64,000 nt of DNA. Origin: an uncultured Syntrophaceae bacterium (GTDB taxonomy: Bacteria; Desulfobacterota; Syntrophia; Syntrophales; UBA2210). The notes under the pieces are model-generated. The model worked only from the letters and a program-made list of their open reading frames with translations, did no database searches and was not told the DNA's origin. Location of the stretch: NCBI GenBank assembly GCA_964610735.1, contig CAZSYH010000006.1, positions 666 to 64,665 of the forward strand, written 5' to 3'. Shown piece by piece: positions 1-9,745 of the stretch (positions within the stretch are counted from its first letter, which is position 1; each line of letters starts with the position of its first letter). Made by a program: the position numbers and the translations under genes.

Positions 1-736
1 TGTTGGTATTCATAAGTCGTTTGGGCGGCAAAAAGTTCTGGATGGTCTGAACCTTGATATCGAGGACTGCAAAACTACCGTTATTATCGGTGGCAGCGGC
101 GGGGGGAAGAGTGTTCTCCTTAAGCATATTATCGGGCTTTTAAAACCCGACAGTGGGCAGGTGTTTGTTGACGGTGTTGACATTGCCTCGCTTAACGACA
201 GAGGTCTAAATGAGATACGGAAGAAATTCGGCATGCTCTTTCAGGAAGCGGCGCTTTTTGATTCCATGAACGTAATGGAGAATGTCGCTTTTCCTTTGAG
301 AGAACATACCAGAAAGAAAGACAAGGAAATAAGAGAGATAGTGAAAGAAAGGCTGAAGGCGGTTGGTCTTACCGGTGTTGAAGATAAAATGCCTTCAGAA
401 TTGAGCGGTGGTATGAGGAAGAGGGTGGGGCTTGCCAGGGCGATTGCCATGCAACCGCAAATCGTTCTGTTTGATGAACCCACTACCGGTCTGGACCCCG
501 TGATGACTGAGGCGATAAACGAACTTATTGTTGAAACGCAGAGAAATTTTGACCTGACCTGTGTGGTTATAAGCCATGATGTCCAGTCAATTTTTACGGT
601 GGGCCATAAAATAGCCATGCTTTATGAAGGCAAGATCATAGAATATGGGACTCCTGAGAAGATAAAGATGTCCTCAAATCCTGTGCTGAGGCAATTTCTT
701 TCAGGGAGTCTTGAAGGCCCGATAAGTGTGATTTAA
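1..736 (+). CDS. mlaF: ABC transporter ATP-binding protein, MlaF/Ttg2A family (5'-truncated by window edge)
   Basis: The frame is open from position 2. Walker A GGSGGGKS, signature LSGGMRKRV and Walker B VLFDEPTTGLDP are present. It lies directly upstream of an MCE gene. Confidence 0.9.
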   Translation, partial: VGIHKSFGRQKVLDGLNLDIEDCKTTVIIGGSGGGKSVLLKHIIGLLKPDSGQVFVDGVDIASLNDRGLNEIRKKFGMLFQEAALFDSMNVMENVAFPLREHTRKKDKEIREIVKERLKAVGLTGVEDKMPSELSGGMRKRVGLARAIAMQPQIVLFDEPTTGLDPVMTEAINELIVETQRNFDLTCVVISHDVQSIFTVGHKIAMLYEGKIIEYGTPEKIKMSSNPVLRQFLSGSLEGPISVI

Positions 737-800
737 GGGAAATGACAAAGCGGTGGAAATTCAAAAGTCAAGATCCCAATGACTAAGAATGGAGAAGAAT

Positions 801-2231
801 ATGTCTTCAATCAGCACGGAAGCAAAGGTAGGTCTGTTCGTTCTGGCAGCATTGATTATATTGGCATACATGTCCTTCAGGGTCGGCGAATACGGGTTCG
901 GCCTCAAGAAGGGATACCTGGTGAACGTGGTATTTGATAACGCTACGGGTCTTGAGAAAGATGCCTCCGTGCAGATAGCAGGCGTGGAGGTGGGGAGGGT
1001 CGAGGAGATATCCCTCAAAGACGGCAAGGCCCTGATTGCTTTGAGGATACTTCCATCAGTAGAGCTGGAAAAGGATGTGGCGGCCAAGATAAAGGCATAT
1101 GGCATATTGGGTGATAAATATGTGGATATTGTGCCCGGAACAAAGGGTGAGACATATATCGCGGCAGGAGGGAATATTACCAGAACAGGACAGCAGGCCG
1201 ATATCGACAAGCTGCTGAGTGAACTCGGAACTATAGCTGGCGATGTTATGAAGGTGACGGCCTCGCTGAAAAATACCCTGGGGGGCGCGCAGGGGGAGGA
1301 AAACCTCAGGGCAATAATAGAGAATACCAGGGCCATTACTGAGAATCTGAACAGAGTCGTAACACAGAACGACGAAAAGCTCAATCTGATGATAACCAAT
1401 CTCGGCGAGGCCTCGGCTGAGATGCGCAGGACCTTTGCGACGCTGAACAGCATCGTGGAAAAGATCGACAGAGGAGAGGGTACTATCGGTCAGCTGGTTG
1501 AAAACAAGGACGCCTTTGACAACCTCAATCAGACCCTTGCATCACTCAAAAACATCACCGAAAAGATTAACCGGGGGGAAGGCTCCATAGGGAAGCTGGT
1601 CAATGACGAAGATACCGTAGATAATCTGAACGCAAGCATGAAGAGCCTTGGAAAGAGTATGGAGGGAATAGACCGGTACGTGTCGAAGACCGAGCAGTTT
1701 AAGACATTTCTCAGCTACCGGGGGGAATACCTGTTTGACGGCGGTGACGGGAAGGGCTACCTTGACCTGACGATACGGCCGAAGGAAGACACCTTCTATG
1801 TCCTCGGACTGGTTTCTGACCCCAGGGGCAGACTGACGGTGACAGATACCACCACGGCGGGTGGAGCACCAGTGCGAACCGAGACGTGGGATAGAGACGG
1901 TCTCCTGTTCACCGCGCAGATTGGAAAGAGATTCAAGGACATAGCCCTCAGGGGAGGTATTTTTGAATCGACGGGCGGCGTCGGTATAGACTACTTTGCC
2001 TTTAATGATAATTTGCAGCTTACCTTTGAGGCCTTTGACTTTGACAGTGACCGGAACGCGCACCTCAAGACATACGCCGAGTACCGGCTCTTAAAGCATA
2101 TCTACCTGTCGGCCGGATGGGATGACTTTATCAGCAACCAGGGCGGTGATTCCCCCTTCATAGGATTCTCGATAAAATTCGAGGATGAGGATCTCAAATA
2201 TCTCCTCGGGAGTGTTCCGATACCTAAATAG
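801..2231 (+). CDS. mlaD: MlaD/MCE-domain protein with long helical region and C-terminal beta-strand-rich domain
   Basis: N-terminal TM (EAKVGLFVLAAL) and MCE motif (FDNATGLEKDASVQIAGVEVGRV; GILGDKYVDIVPG). GGAG RBS before ATG 801; alternative ATG at 789. Confidence 0.88.
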   Translation: MSSISTEAKVGLFVLAALIILAYMSFRVGEYGFGLKKGYLVNVVFDNATGLEKDASVQIAGVEVGRVEEISLKDGKALIALRILPSVELEKDVAAKIKAYGILGDKYVDIVPGTKGETYIAAGGNITRTGQQADIDKLLSELGTIAGDVMKVTASLKNTLGGAQGEENLRAIIENTRAITENLNRVVTQNDEKLNLMITNLGEASAEMRRTFATLNSIVEKIDRGEGTIGQLVENKDAFDNLNQTLASLKNITEKINRGEGSIGKLVNDEDTVDNLNASMKSLGKSMEGIDRYVSKTEQFKTFLSYRGEYLFDGGDGKGYLDLTIRPKEDTFYVLGLVSDPRGRLTVTDTTTAGGAPVRTETWDRDGLLFTAQIGKRFKDIALRGGIFESTGGVGIDYFAFNDNLQLTFEAFDFDSDRNAHLKTYAEYRLLKHIYLSAGWDDFISNQGGDSPFIGFSIKFEDEDLKYLLGSVPIPK

Positions 2232-2259
2232 GGACAGCTGTCCCTAAGGGAGGATCGAT

Positions 2260-3150
2260 ATGAAAAAAAGGATATTTATTTTTTTCGTTCTTTTGCCTTT
2301 TCTGTTTTTTATATCTGCAGGCATCGTTTGCGTGGCCGATGTTCAGGCTGAAGAGATGGCCCCTGATCTTGAGATGCGATCAGTTATCCAGTCAGTGGAT
2401 GTTTACGCGTATCCCGGTGAAGGGGAGAAGGCAGAGCAGATTCACGGGAAGCTGCTTTCAAAGGCAAGGGAGCGCATTCTTGAAGGGGCAAAGAAGTATC
2501 TTGATTCCAGAACAAAAATTGCCGGTATCAACCTTGAATACAAAATCATCAAGAACAAGACAGGACATTTTGTTACCGTTCTGAGCGTGGAAAATTATGA
2601 TGTTGATGATAAAGGCCGCTACCACGCGAGTATGCAGGGAGAGGCAGAATACCGGCTCGAAGGCCTGACATATGGGGACGACAGGCTGCGGACTGTGCTG
2701 ATGAAGCCCGCGGCGCCTCTTGCCGTGGATGTATGGACGGACAAGAGGGAATATGGCGAAGGCGAACGCGTCAAGATATTCTTTAAGGGGAATAAAGATT
2801 TCTATGGCAAGATAGTGAAAGTGGGTGTAAAAGGCAAAGTTTTCCAACTCCTGCCCAATAATTACAGGCAGATCTCCTTTTTTAAAAGGGGTAAAACTTA
2901 TACCATCCCGGATGAGGGGGACAGATTTAATCTTGAGGTTCAGTCTCCTTTCGGGGAGGAGAGAATCATTGTGTACGCCTCCGACCTGCCGCTCAGCCTG
3001 AGAAACATGAAGATGGTAGAGGGGGGGATTTACACCTACAGGGGAAAAGAGACTTCCCTCGGCAAAAGTGTAAGGAAAAGCATCTCAATCCCTGAAAATG
3101 GAACCGCAGAGTTCTGCGAGTCCGCCTGGAAAATAAAGAAAGTTTTTTGA
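2260..3150 (+). CDS. Exported protein with C-terminal DUF4384-like domain
   Basis: Signal peptide; C-terminal motifs VDVWTDKREYGEGERVKIFFKGNKDFY, QLLPN, YTIP and PFGEERIIVYAS, typical of DUF4384. GGAGG RBS. Confidence 0.7.
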   Translation: MKKRIFIFFVLLPFLFFISAGIVCVADVQAEEMAPDLEMRSVIQSVDVYAYPGEGEKAEQIHGKLLSKARERILEGAKKYLDSRTKIAGINLEYKIIKNKTGHFVTVLSVENYDVDDKGRYHASMQGEAEYRLEGLTYGDDRLRTVLMKPAAPLAVDVWTDKREYGEGERVKIFFKGNKDFYGKIVKVGVKGKVFQLLPNNYRQISFFKRGKTYTIPDEGDRFNLEVQSPFGEERIIVYASDLPLSLRNMKMVEGGIYTYRGKETSLGKSVRKSISIPENGTAEFCESAWKIKKVF

Positions 3151-3189
3151 CGGCTTATGGTAAAGATCGACTTTTTGCGAAGCCGTTTT
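3150..3189 (+). terminator. Short hairpin / possible terminator or palindrome remnant
   Basis: ACGGCTT (3150-3156) and AAGCCGT (3180-3186) are inverted repeats followed by T residues, immediately after a stop codon. Confidence 0.3.
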
Positions 3190-3192
3190 GTA

Positions 3193-3220
3193 TTGACATC
3201 TACCGATTTGGATATATATT
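3193..3220 (+). promoter_or_regulatory. Putative sigma70 promoter
   Basis: TTGACA-16 bp-TATATT upstream of ORF 3252. Confidence 0.5.
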
Positions 3221-3251
3221 AGCCGCAGATTTACGGGAGTGGATTTGAAAA

Positions 3252-3776
3252 ATGTATTTCAATCCATCAGAAATATCCCTTATAGGGAAAATGTTTCGCC
3301 ATGCCGGGGATCTGGCTGAGGGGTATTTTCATCTTGGCAGCGGTGGATTAAAGACTCACAGGTACGAGGTTGAAACTCTTGCCCGTCTTAGTGGTCACGA
3401 GGTGGACAGCAAGGCTTTCGCGCATCTCTGCAGGTATCTTTATCAAAAAGAAGACGACGCCGATCATCCCGACAGTTTCTATTTCTTCAAGATCTGCCTT
3501 CAGGATGACCGGATTCTTGACGCGGTGAAAAGGAGCAGGCCGTTCGTTAAACTGGAGCCTCTTATGCTGTACATAGCCGCGCATGAGCTTGTCCATGTTA
3601 TCCGGTTTAACTGCATGGAAATCAAATTTGACGCACCATTGGAAGAAAAGATTGCCGAAGAAGAAAAGGTACATTCGATTACCAGGAGCATGCTCCAGCC
3701 GGTGGCTGACACAGACATTAATCTTGTGCTTGATTGTTTCAGCAGCCGTTACAATATAGGAGACATATTTAATTAG
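3252..3776 (+). CDS. Hypothetical protein with HExxH (zincin-like) motif
   Basis: 174 aa ORF with IAAHELVHVIRF and a downstream EEE helix; preceded by a promoter-like sequence. Confidence 0.7.
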   Translation: MYFNPSEISLIGKMFRHAGDLAEGYFHLGSGGLKTHRYEVETLARLSGHEVDSKAFAHLCRYLYQKEDDADHPDSFYFFKICLQDDRILDAVKRSRPFVKLEPLMLYIAAHELVHVIRFNCMEIKFDAPLEEKIAEEEKVHSITRSMLQPVADTDINLVLDCFSSRYNIGDIFN

Positions 3777-3830
3777 TTCCCGAACGAAGAGAATGTTCGG
3801 GCGCGAAGTAGTTGGACGGGAGAAAGTTTT

Positions 3831-4127
3831 ATGCCTATTTACGAGTACAAGTGCGGGAAATGCAACAAGAAGTTCGAAGTATTTCAGGGTATCACAGATG
3901 GTGAGGTAAAAACCTGCAAGTTCTGTGGAGGGCCGGTTAATAAATTGATATCCCTTTCCTCCTTTCATCTCAAGGGGTCGGGCTGGTATGTAACGGATTA
4001 CGGCGGAAAGAAACCCTCCGCTGGTGAGACGTCCGGGAGCGAGACACATTCCACCGCAAGCGAAGCAACAACCGCCGCGCCGGATTCCAGACCCTCATCT
4101 AAACCTTCATCCGAAAAGGGTGAGTAA
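3831..4127 (+). CDS. FmdB family zinc-ribbon protein
   Basis: [11 protein letters not shown]...CKFCGG...[13 protein letters not shown] signature followed by a low-complexity Ser/Thr tail. Confidence 0.9.
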   Translation: MPIYEYKCGKCNKKFEVFQGITDGEVKTCKFCGGPVNKLISLSSFHLKGSGWYVTDYGGKKPSAGETSGSETHSTASEATTAAPDSRPSSKPSSEKGE

Positions 4128-4153
4128 TTTCGAATTACTCAATTTGCAATTCC

Positions 4154-5752
4154 TTAGATCCTGGTTACTCTGAACACTTCTTCAACAGTGGTCATTCCTT
4201 CCAGAACCTTGCGCACGCCGTCCTGCACCAGGGTGATCATTCCAAGTTTGACCGCTTCCTTTCCTATTTGATTTGTATCCGATGTCTTTAAGATCAGCTT
4301 TTTCAGGTGATCGTCAAGGATCATCATTTCAAAAATGGCCGCTCTTCCCCGATAGCCGGTATTCATGCAGGCAGGGCATCCCTTTTTCCTGTAAGTTTTG
4401 CAGCCATCCGGTATGCCTTTGCTCAGGCCGATTTTTGTTAGTGATTTGTCATCCGGGATATATTCCTCCCTGCATTCAAGACAGAGAACTCTTACCAGTC
4501 TCTGGGCTATGATGGCTATAACTGAAGATGTTATCAGAAACGGTTCTATCCCCATATCAATGAGACGTGTGACGGCGCTGGCCGCGTCGTTGGTGTGCAG
4601 TGTGGAGAATACGAGATGCCCTGTCAGAGATGACTGGATGGCGATTTCAGCGGTTTCCATATCCCGGATCTCTCCCACCAGGATTACATCGGGGTCCTGC
4701 CTTACAATCGACCGAAGCCCCTTGGCAAAGGTAAGATCAATTTTTGGATTTACCTGAATCTGTCCTATGCCTTCGATTTGGTACTCTATGGGGTCTTCTA
4801 TTGTGATGATATTGATTTCCGGATTGTTTATGGTGGAGAGAGCGGCATAGAGTGTCGTCGTCTTGCCGCTTCCTGTCGGGCCTGTCACCAGAATAATTCC
4901 GTATGGTGACCTGATAAGATCGTCAAGGAGATTGAAACGTTCCTTGTCAATCCCCAGATCAATCAGTTTGAAAGACGTATCTGTTTTATCAAGAAGTCTC
5001 AGGACAACTCTTTCACCAAAGGCAATGGGAATTACCGATACACGAATATCGATATTTTTATCCCCGATTTTGATGTTGATTCTCCCGTCCTGTGGGAGCC
5101 TCTTTTCGGCAATATTGAGCTTCGCCATGATCTTTATACGTGAAGCAAGGGAAGACTGGATCTTTTTCGGCAGATTCAGGGCATTATACAGCACCCCGTC
5201 AACCCGGTATCTGACGGTGAGTTTGTGCTGATAGGGTTCTATGTGGATGTCGCTGGCTCGGTCCTTGACAGCACGGGACAATATGAGATTGACCAGCTTT
5301 ATTACCGGCGCGTCACTGGTATCGTCGAGCAGGTCGGCTGTTTCCTCGATTTCGGAAATAATGCTGTCAGGAGATTCTTCGGTCATATCCTGAACGAACT
5401 CCTCGGCGGAACCGCTACCCTGATCATAAGCCATATTTATGGCAGAAAGGATGGCCGAACTGGTGGAAAGGATGATTCTGGCATCTTCCCAGTCAAGAAT
5501 GCGGCGAAGGTCATCAATGGGTGGAAAATCGGAAGGATCGTTCACCGCTATGGATGTGCCGTCGGCAGTTTCAATAGGCGCCAACTTGTGCTTTTTAAGG
5601 TATTGAATCGGGATTTTCTTTGTAAAATCAGCCCTTATATCCTCCGCGGGAAGTTCGGGCCAGAAGGGGATATCCAATTTGACGCTCATCTCCCGGAGGA
5701 GATCTGTCTCGGTAGTATTGGTTAGTTTGGTCAAGCTTTTATCCTGGTTCAA
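4154..5752 (-). CDS. gspE: Type II secretion ATPase GspE
   Basis: ASDIHIEP, AEKRLPQDG, Walker A GPTGSGKT, RQDPDVILVGEIRD, His box GHLVFSTLHTND and a tetracysteine Zn motif; within the gsp cluster. Confidence 0.95.
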   Translation of the reverse strand: MNQDKSLTKLTNTTETDLLREMSVKLDIPFWPELPAEDIRADFTKKIPIQYLKKHKLAPIETADGTSIAVNDPSDFPPIDDLRRILDWEDARIILSTSSAILSAINMAYDQGSGSAEEFVQDMTEESPDSIISEIEETADLLDDTSDAPVIKLVNLILSRAVKDRASDIHIEPYQHKLTVRYRVDGVLYNALNLPKKIQSSLASRIKIMAKLNIAEKRLPQDGRINIKIGDKNIDIRVSVIPIAFGERVVLRLLDKTDTSFKLIDLGIDKERFNLLDDLIRSPYGIILVTGPTGSGKTTTLYAALSTINNPEINIITIEDPIEYQIEGIGQIQVNPKIDLTFAKGLRSIVRQDPDVILVGEIRDMETAEIAIQSSLTGHLVFSTLHTNDAASAVTRLIDMGIEPFLITSSVIAIIAQRLVRVLCLECREEYIPDDKSLTKIGLSKGIPDGCKTYRKKGCPACMNTGYRGRAAIFEMMILDDHLKKLILKTSDTNQIGKEAVKLGMITLVQDGVRKVLEGMTTVEEVFRVTRI

Positions 5753-5787
5753 GGTTTATCAGTTTACGGTTCAGGCCTCTTTACTCC

Positions 5788-7824
5788 TTACTCTTTACGC
5801 TTTTTCTCGTAGGTTTTGATCACGCCCTCTTCGACTTCATTGATATGTTTCTGCTTTTCTTCATATATCGATTTTGCTTCAGTCGGGTTTTCTACGATGC
5901 GGGGGGTGATGAATATGAAGAGATTCCGTTTTTCACGAGTCTCACTCTTGTATTTGAAGAGCCAGCCAAGACCCGGGATGTCTCCAAGGCAGGGGGTCTT
6001 GTACACGGTATTGGTAATATCATCTCCTATGAGACCGCCGATGACTATGGTGTTTTTGTCTTTGATTGTTACAGTCGTCTTGGTTGTGCGTTTCAGCGTG
6101 GTGGGTCGGTCGTTGGTATCGTCCCCCACCATTTTTGTAACTTCCTGGAATATGTTGAGGCGGACAAAGCGTTCTCGGCTGATTTGCGGGGTAATTCTCA
6201 GGGTTACTCCCACATCCTTGTATTCATAGCTGCTGTAATCTGTAACGGTAGATGAATCCGCTCTGGTCTGATAGGGCACATTTTCCCCGACATATATCTC
6301 CGCCTCTTCGTTGTCTAGTGTGAGTATCTGGGGCGTGGAGAGTATATGGACATCCTGGTCAGTTTGATATGCCTGGAAAAAGGCACCAAGGCTGGGGAAA
6401 AGAATATTGCCGACAGTTATCCCTTCGCCCAGCACACCAACAGAAAACCCTGACGGCCAGGTAGGGATTCCTTTTGAATCAAGGTGAGGTATTATGCCTC
6501 CGCTCACAAATCCTCCCCCATAAGCGCCAGCCCGTCCCTCGGTAGTGAAGTCATTTCCCGCTACCCATTCTGCGCCAAGCGTAAAGCCCTTGTCCACATT
6601 GACTTCCATAATAAGGGCTTCGATATATACCATCGGGCGGGGAACATCGAGTTGCTTGATCACGCCCTCAAGTACATTATAATCATCTCTCTCGGCCGTG
6701 ATGATAAGGGTGTTTGTGGCCTTGTCCGGCACGATGCTTATATCTTTTGAGAGGAGGGGAGCTTTCCCTTTTTGGGTGTCTTTCGCGTCCTTTGATGGAA
6801 TATTCATTAAGACCTTTGACAGCTCTTCGGCATCCGCGTTCTCAAGGCGATAAACACGCAGCCTTTCTTCTCCTCTCGGGACATCCTTGTCCAGGAGCTT
6901 TATAAGCTGCTTTATGCGCATAGTATCATTTTCACTGGCCAGGGTTATTATGGTGTTTGTGCGTTCATCGGCCACAATCTTCATGTTTGAATCGATAGAG
7001 CCCTTTTTTTGTGCGGCTGTTTTCTGAAATATCTGATCCAGCGATTTGGCAATTTCCGTGGAAGAGGCGCGTCCCAGGGGTATGACAGATATCTGCTCCT
7101 CGATCCCCTCAATATCCAGGGCGCTTACTATTGTGAGAAGTCTTTTTATGTTGGAGAGAAGGTCGGTTACGATAAGCATTCCCGTTGGGGGATAGGACAG
7201 GATAACGCTTGATTTGGATATCAGCGGCGTTAAAACTTTTTTCAACTCATCAGGGTTTGCGTAGCTCAGAGAAATGATCTGCGTTACAACCTTGTCTTCA
7301 GGGTCTATTGCGCTCTTCTTCAGACGGGTTTCAATGTTTTTTGTCCTTGCGTCTTGTGAGGGAACTATCTTTATGATATCCCCGGCAGGAACCACGCTGA
7401 ATCCATGCACGTCCAGCACCGATTCAAATACCTTATATGCCTCTTTGACTGAGATTTTTTTCGGGGAGATTATAGTAACCTTTCCCTTAACCCCTGTGTC
7501 GATCACGAAATTGCTGCCCGTCAATTCGCTGATAAATTTTATGAATACCCTTATATCAACATCGTCAAAATCTATGGTTACGTACCTGGCATTTTCTTTA
7601 CCTGGCTCTGGTTTTTTCTCTGCCGGCATTTCCTTTTTTTCGATTTTCCCGGCAGGGGGAATTTCCGGGGACTTTTTTCCAGGGCTGACAGTTTCTTTGC
7701 CGGTAGTAACGAGCTTTTCATCCCCTGTTACCCGGGCGCCCATTATGTTTCCGGGTGCAGTGAATGACACGACGCACAGAATGATGACAGATAACAATAA
7801 GTATTTTCTTGCTGATTTTCTCAT
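5788..7824 (-). CDS. gspD: Type II secretion secretin GspD
   Basis: Signal peptide; VTIDFDDVDIRVFI N0 domain; secretin motifs ILSTPQILTLDNEEAEIYVG and PCLGDIPGLGWLF. Start taken at ATG 7824. Confidence 0.95.
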   Translation of the reverse strand: MRKSARKYLLLSVIILCVVSFTAPGNIMGARVTGDEKLVTTGKETVSPGKKSPEIPPAGKIEKKEMPAEKKPEPGKENARYVTIDFDDVDIRVFIKFISELTGSNFVIDTGVKGKVTIISPKKISVKEAYKVFESVLDVHGFSVVPAGDIIKIVPSQDARTKNIETRLKKSAIDPEDKVVTQIISLSYANPDELKKVLTPLISKSSVILSYPPTGMLIVTDLLSNIKRLLTIVSALDIEGIEEQISVIPLGRASSTEIAKSLDQIFQKTAAQKKGSIDSNMKIVADERTNTIITLASENDTMRIKQLIKLLDKDVPRGEERLRVYRLENADAEELSKVLMNIPSKDAKDTQKGKAPLLSKDISIVPDKATNTLIITAERDDYNVLEGVIKQLDVPRPMVYIEALIMEVNVDKGFTLGAEWVAGNDFTTEGRAGAYGGGFVSGGIIPHLDSKGIPTWPSGFSVGVLGEGITVGNILFPSLGAFFQAYQTDQDVHILSTPQILTLDNEEAEIYVGENVPYQTRADSSTVTDYSSYEYKDVGVTLRITPQISRERFVRLNIFQEVTKMVGDDTNDRPTTLKRTTKTTVTIKDKNTIVIGGLIGDDITNTVYKTPCLGDIPGLGWLFKYKSETREKRNLFIFITPRIVENPTEAKSIYEEKQKHINEVEEGVIKTYEKKRKE

Positions 7825-7854
7825 GCTGAAAGTATCTCGTTTCCTGTAGTTATT

Positions 7855-7962
7855 GTAACAGTTCACGGTTTTCCCAATAAGTTATACAACGATGAGCGAG
7901 ACCCAACGATTCTCTGTTTTTTCAACCGTAAACCGGTAACTGTAAACAGGGAACAGTTACTG
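7855..7962. repeat. Degenerate heptamer repeat tract (GTTCACG/AACCGTA/AACTGTA family) in inverted arrangement
   Basis: GTAACAGTTCACGGTT at the left; AACCGTAAACCGGTAACTGTAAACAGGGAACAGTTAC at the right. Confidence 0.6.
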
Positions 7963-8730
7963 TCACTCAAAAACTTTTCTAAACTCTGCCGATTCGCGAA
8001 CATTCTTCAGGTCTCTATCATTTTTTGCCCAGTTTTTCACACTATTATTTATCGAGGCAGCCATTTTCAGATAATGGAGGCTCTCTGAAATATTCCCCGA
8101 CAGAGAGTAGAGGCATGCCAGGTTGTAGTATGGATCAATATAATCAGCCTTCAGAGTCATGGCCTTTATGAACATGTCCGCAGCCTCTTTGTTTTTCCTC
8201 CGGCTCATGTAAATGACCCCGAGATTGTTCAGGGCGAAGACATGCTCCGGCTCGATACTCAGGACTTTTTTGTACCCCTCACCGGCCTTATCCATGTCGC
8301 CTTTCTGCTGGTAGCCCAGGGCCTTTCGGTACAGCGTGTCCACGCCGGATATCGTATCGGCGCCAGTTTTCACGCTGCCGTCATTTCCGGCCATGGGGGA
8401 GGGGAGGGTTTTCTTCTCGCCGCTGTCGAGAAGTGGAACTGCCGCTGTGCCTGTGATGATCGCCTTTTCCTGTTGTGATGCCGTCACCTTCTCCACCGCG
8501 ACATTTTCGTGAGGGATTACACCCTCTCTCCCGTCACGTGCGTTGTTCTCAAACACCAGAAGGGCGATCGCGGAAAGGGATATCAATGCGACAGCCGCAA
8601 AGATTACCAGTCCCATCTTGCGGCCGGTATTATTTTTGTGGGTTGCCACAGGCACTATACGACTGTAACGCTGGTAGATATTATCCTTTTCTTTCTGAGC
8701 CTTTTTAAGGGCGTTATCTATATGACTCAT
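7963..8730 (-). CDS. ExeB/GspB-like membrane-anchored TPR protein
   Basis: N-terminus MSHIDNALKKAQKE resembles the GspB/ExeB N-terminal motif; single TM; TPR repeats (ALNNLGVIY, YYNLACLYS). Overlaps the exeA stop codon. Confidence 0.7.
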   Translation of the reverse strand: MSHIDNALKKAQKEKDNIYQRYSRIVPVATHKNNTGRKMGLVIFAAVALISLSAIALLVFENNARDGREGVIPHENVAVEKVTASQQEKAIITGTAAVPLLDSGEKKTLPSPMAGNDGSVKTGADTISGVDTLYRKALGYQQKGDMDKAGEGYKKVLSIEPEHVFALNNLGVIYMSRRKNKEAADMFIKAMTLKADYIDPYYNLACLYSLSGNISESLHYLKMAASINNSVKNWAKNDRDLKNVRESAEFRKVFE

Positions 8731-9704
8731 CTATCCCACTTAAAAAAAATTGCATTTGAAAAAAATTCAAAAACCGCTTCTCTGTCCACAGTGACTGCCA
8801 GCAACAGGAGAATAAGTATAATCAGGGTAGAGAGAAGCAACAGACATTCTCTTTTCCTCCGAGACATTGTTTTGTCTGTCAGGTAGCCGCTGCCGATATC
8901 GGATACCGTTTCCCTTACAAGATTTCTGCTGATAACGTTGCAATCCCCGCTGTACGCGATGAGCAATGCCCTGTCACAGATGGCATTTATGCGCCGGGGG
9001 ATGCCTTTGGAATAGCTGTGGATCTTTCTGAATGCCTGGCTGGAAAACCGTGGGAATCCATTGTCTGCGCCCGCTACCGCCAATCTGTGCCTTATATAGT
9101 CTTCTTCCTGGCGACGATTAAACGGGGTCAAGTTGTACCTCACTGTAATCCTCTCATTGAGTTGTTTCAAAGATGGTGATGTCAGGAGTTCCTCCAATTC
9201 CGGTTGTCCAATGAGTATTATCTGCAACAGTTTTTCCCTCTCGGTTTCAAGGTTGGAAAGCATCCGGATCTGTTCCAGCACGCCACGGGAAAGGTTTTGG
9301 GCCTCATCAATAAGCAAAACCGAATTTCTACCCGAAGAGAAGTTTTTCAGAAGAAATGCATTCAAGGCGCTGATATGGCGCTTTCTGGTGGGTCTTCCCC
9401 TTCCTGACTTAATGCCAAACTCCTGATTTATAGTTGCCAGAAGTTCCATCTCTGAGAGAGAGGGGTTGAATATAAGGGCGCTGTCAATCGATTGATCCAG
9501 GACGGAAAGCAGTTTTCTGCAGATGGTGGTCTTGCCTGTTCCAATCCCTCCAGTAATCACCATGAATCCTTTTTTTTCATTTATGCCGTAGAGCAGGTGA
9601 CTCAGCGCTTCACTGTGCTGCGGACTGAGAAAGAGATACTTGGGATCCGGAGTCAAATTAAATGGATTTTCTTTCAAGCCGAAATATGATGTATACATGG
9701 GCAA
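8727..9704 (-). CDS. exeA: ExeA/GspA-family AAA ATPase
   Basis: MYTSYFGLKENPFNLTPDP, GGIGTGKTT, LLIDEAQNL, LQIILIGQPEL and GIPRRINAICDRAL; C-terminal TM. Confidence 0.88.
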   Translation of the reverse strand: MPMYTSYFGLKENPFNLTPDPKYLFLSPQHSEALSHLLYGINEKKGFMVITGGIGTGKTTICRKLLSVLDQSIDSALIFNPSLSEMELLATINQEFGIKSGRGRPTRKRHISALNAFLLKNFSSGRNSVLLIDEAQNLSRGVLEQIRMLSNLETEREKLLQIILIGQPELEELLTSPSLKQLNERITVRYNLTPFNRRQEEDYIRHRLAVAGADNGFPRFSSQAFRKIHSYSKGIPRRINAICDRALLIAYSGDCNVISRNLVRETVSDIGSGYLTDKTMSRRKRECLLLLSTLIILILLLLAVTVDREAVFEFFSNAIFFKWDR

Positions 9705-9745
9705 TGGTTTACGGTTCGCTGTTTACGGTAACCGGCAACTGATAA

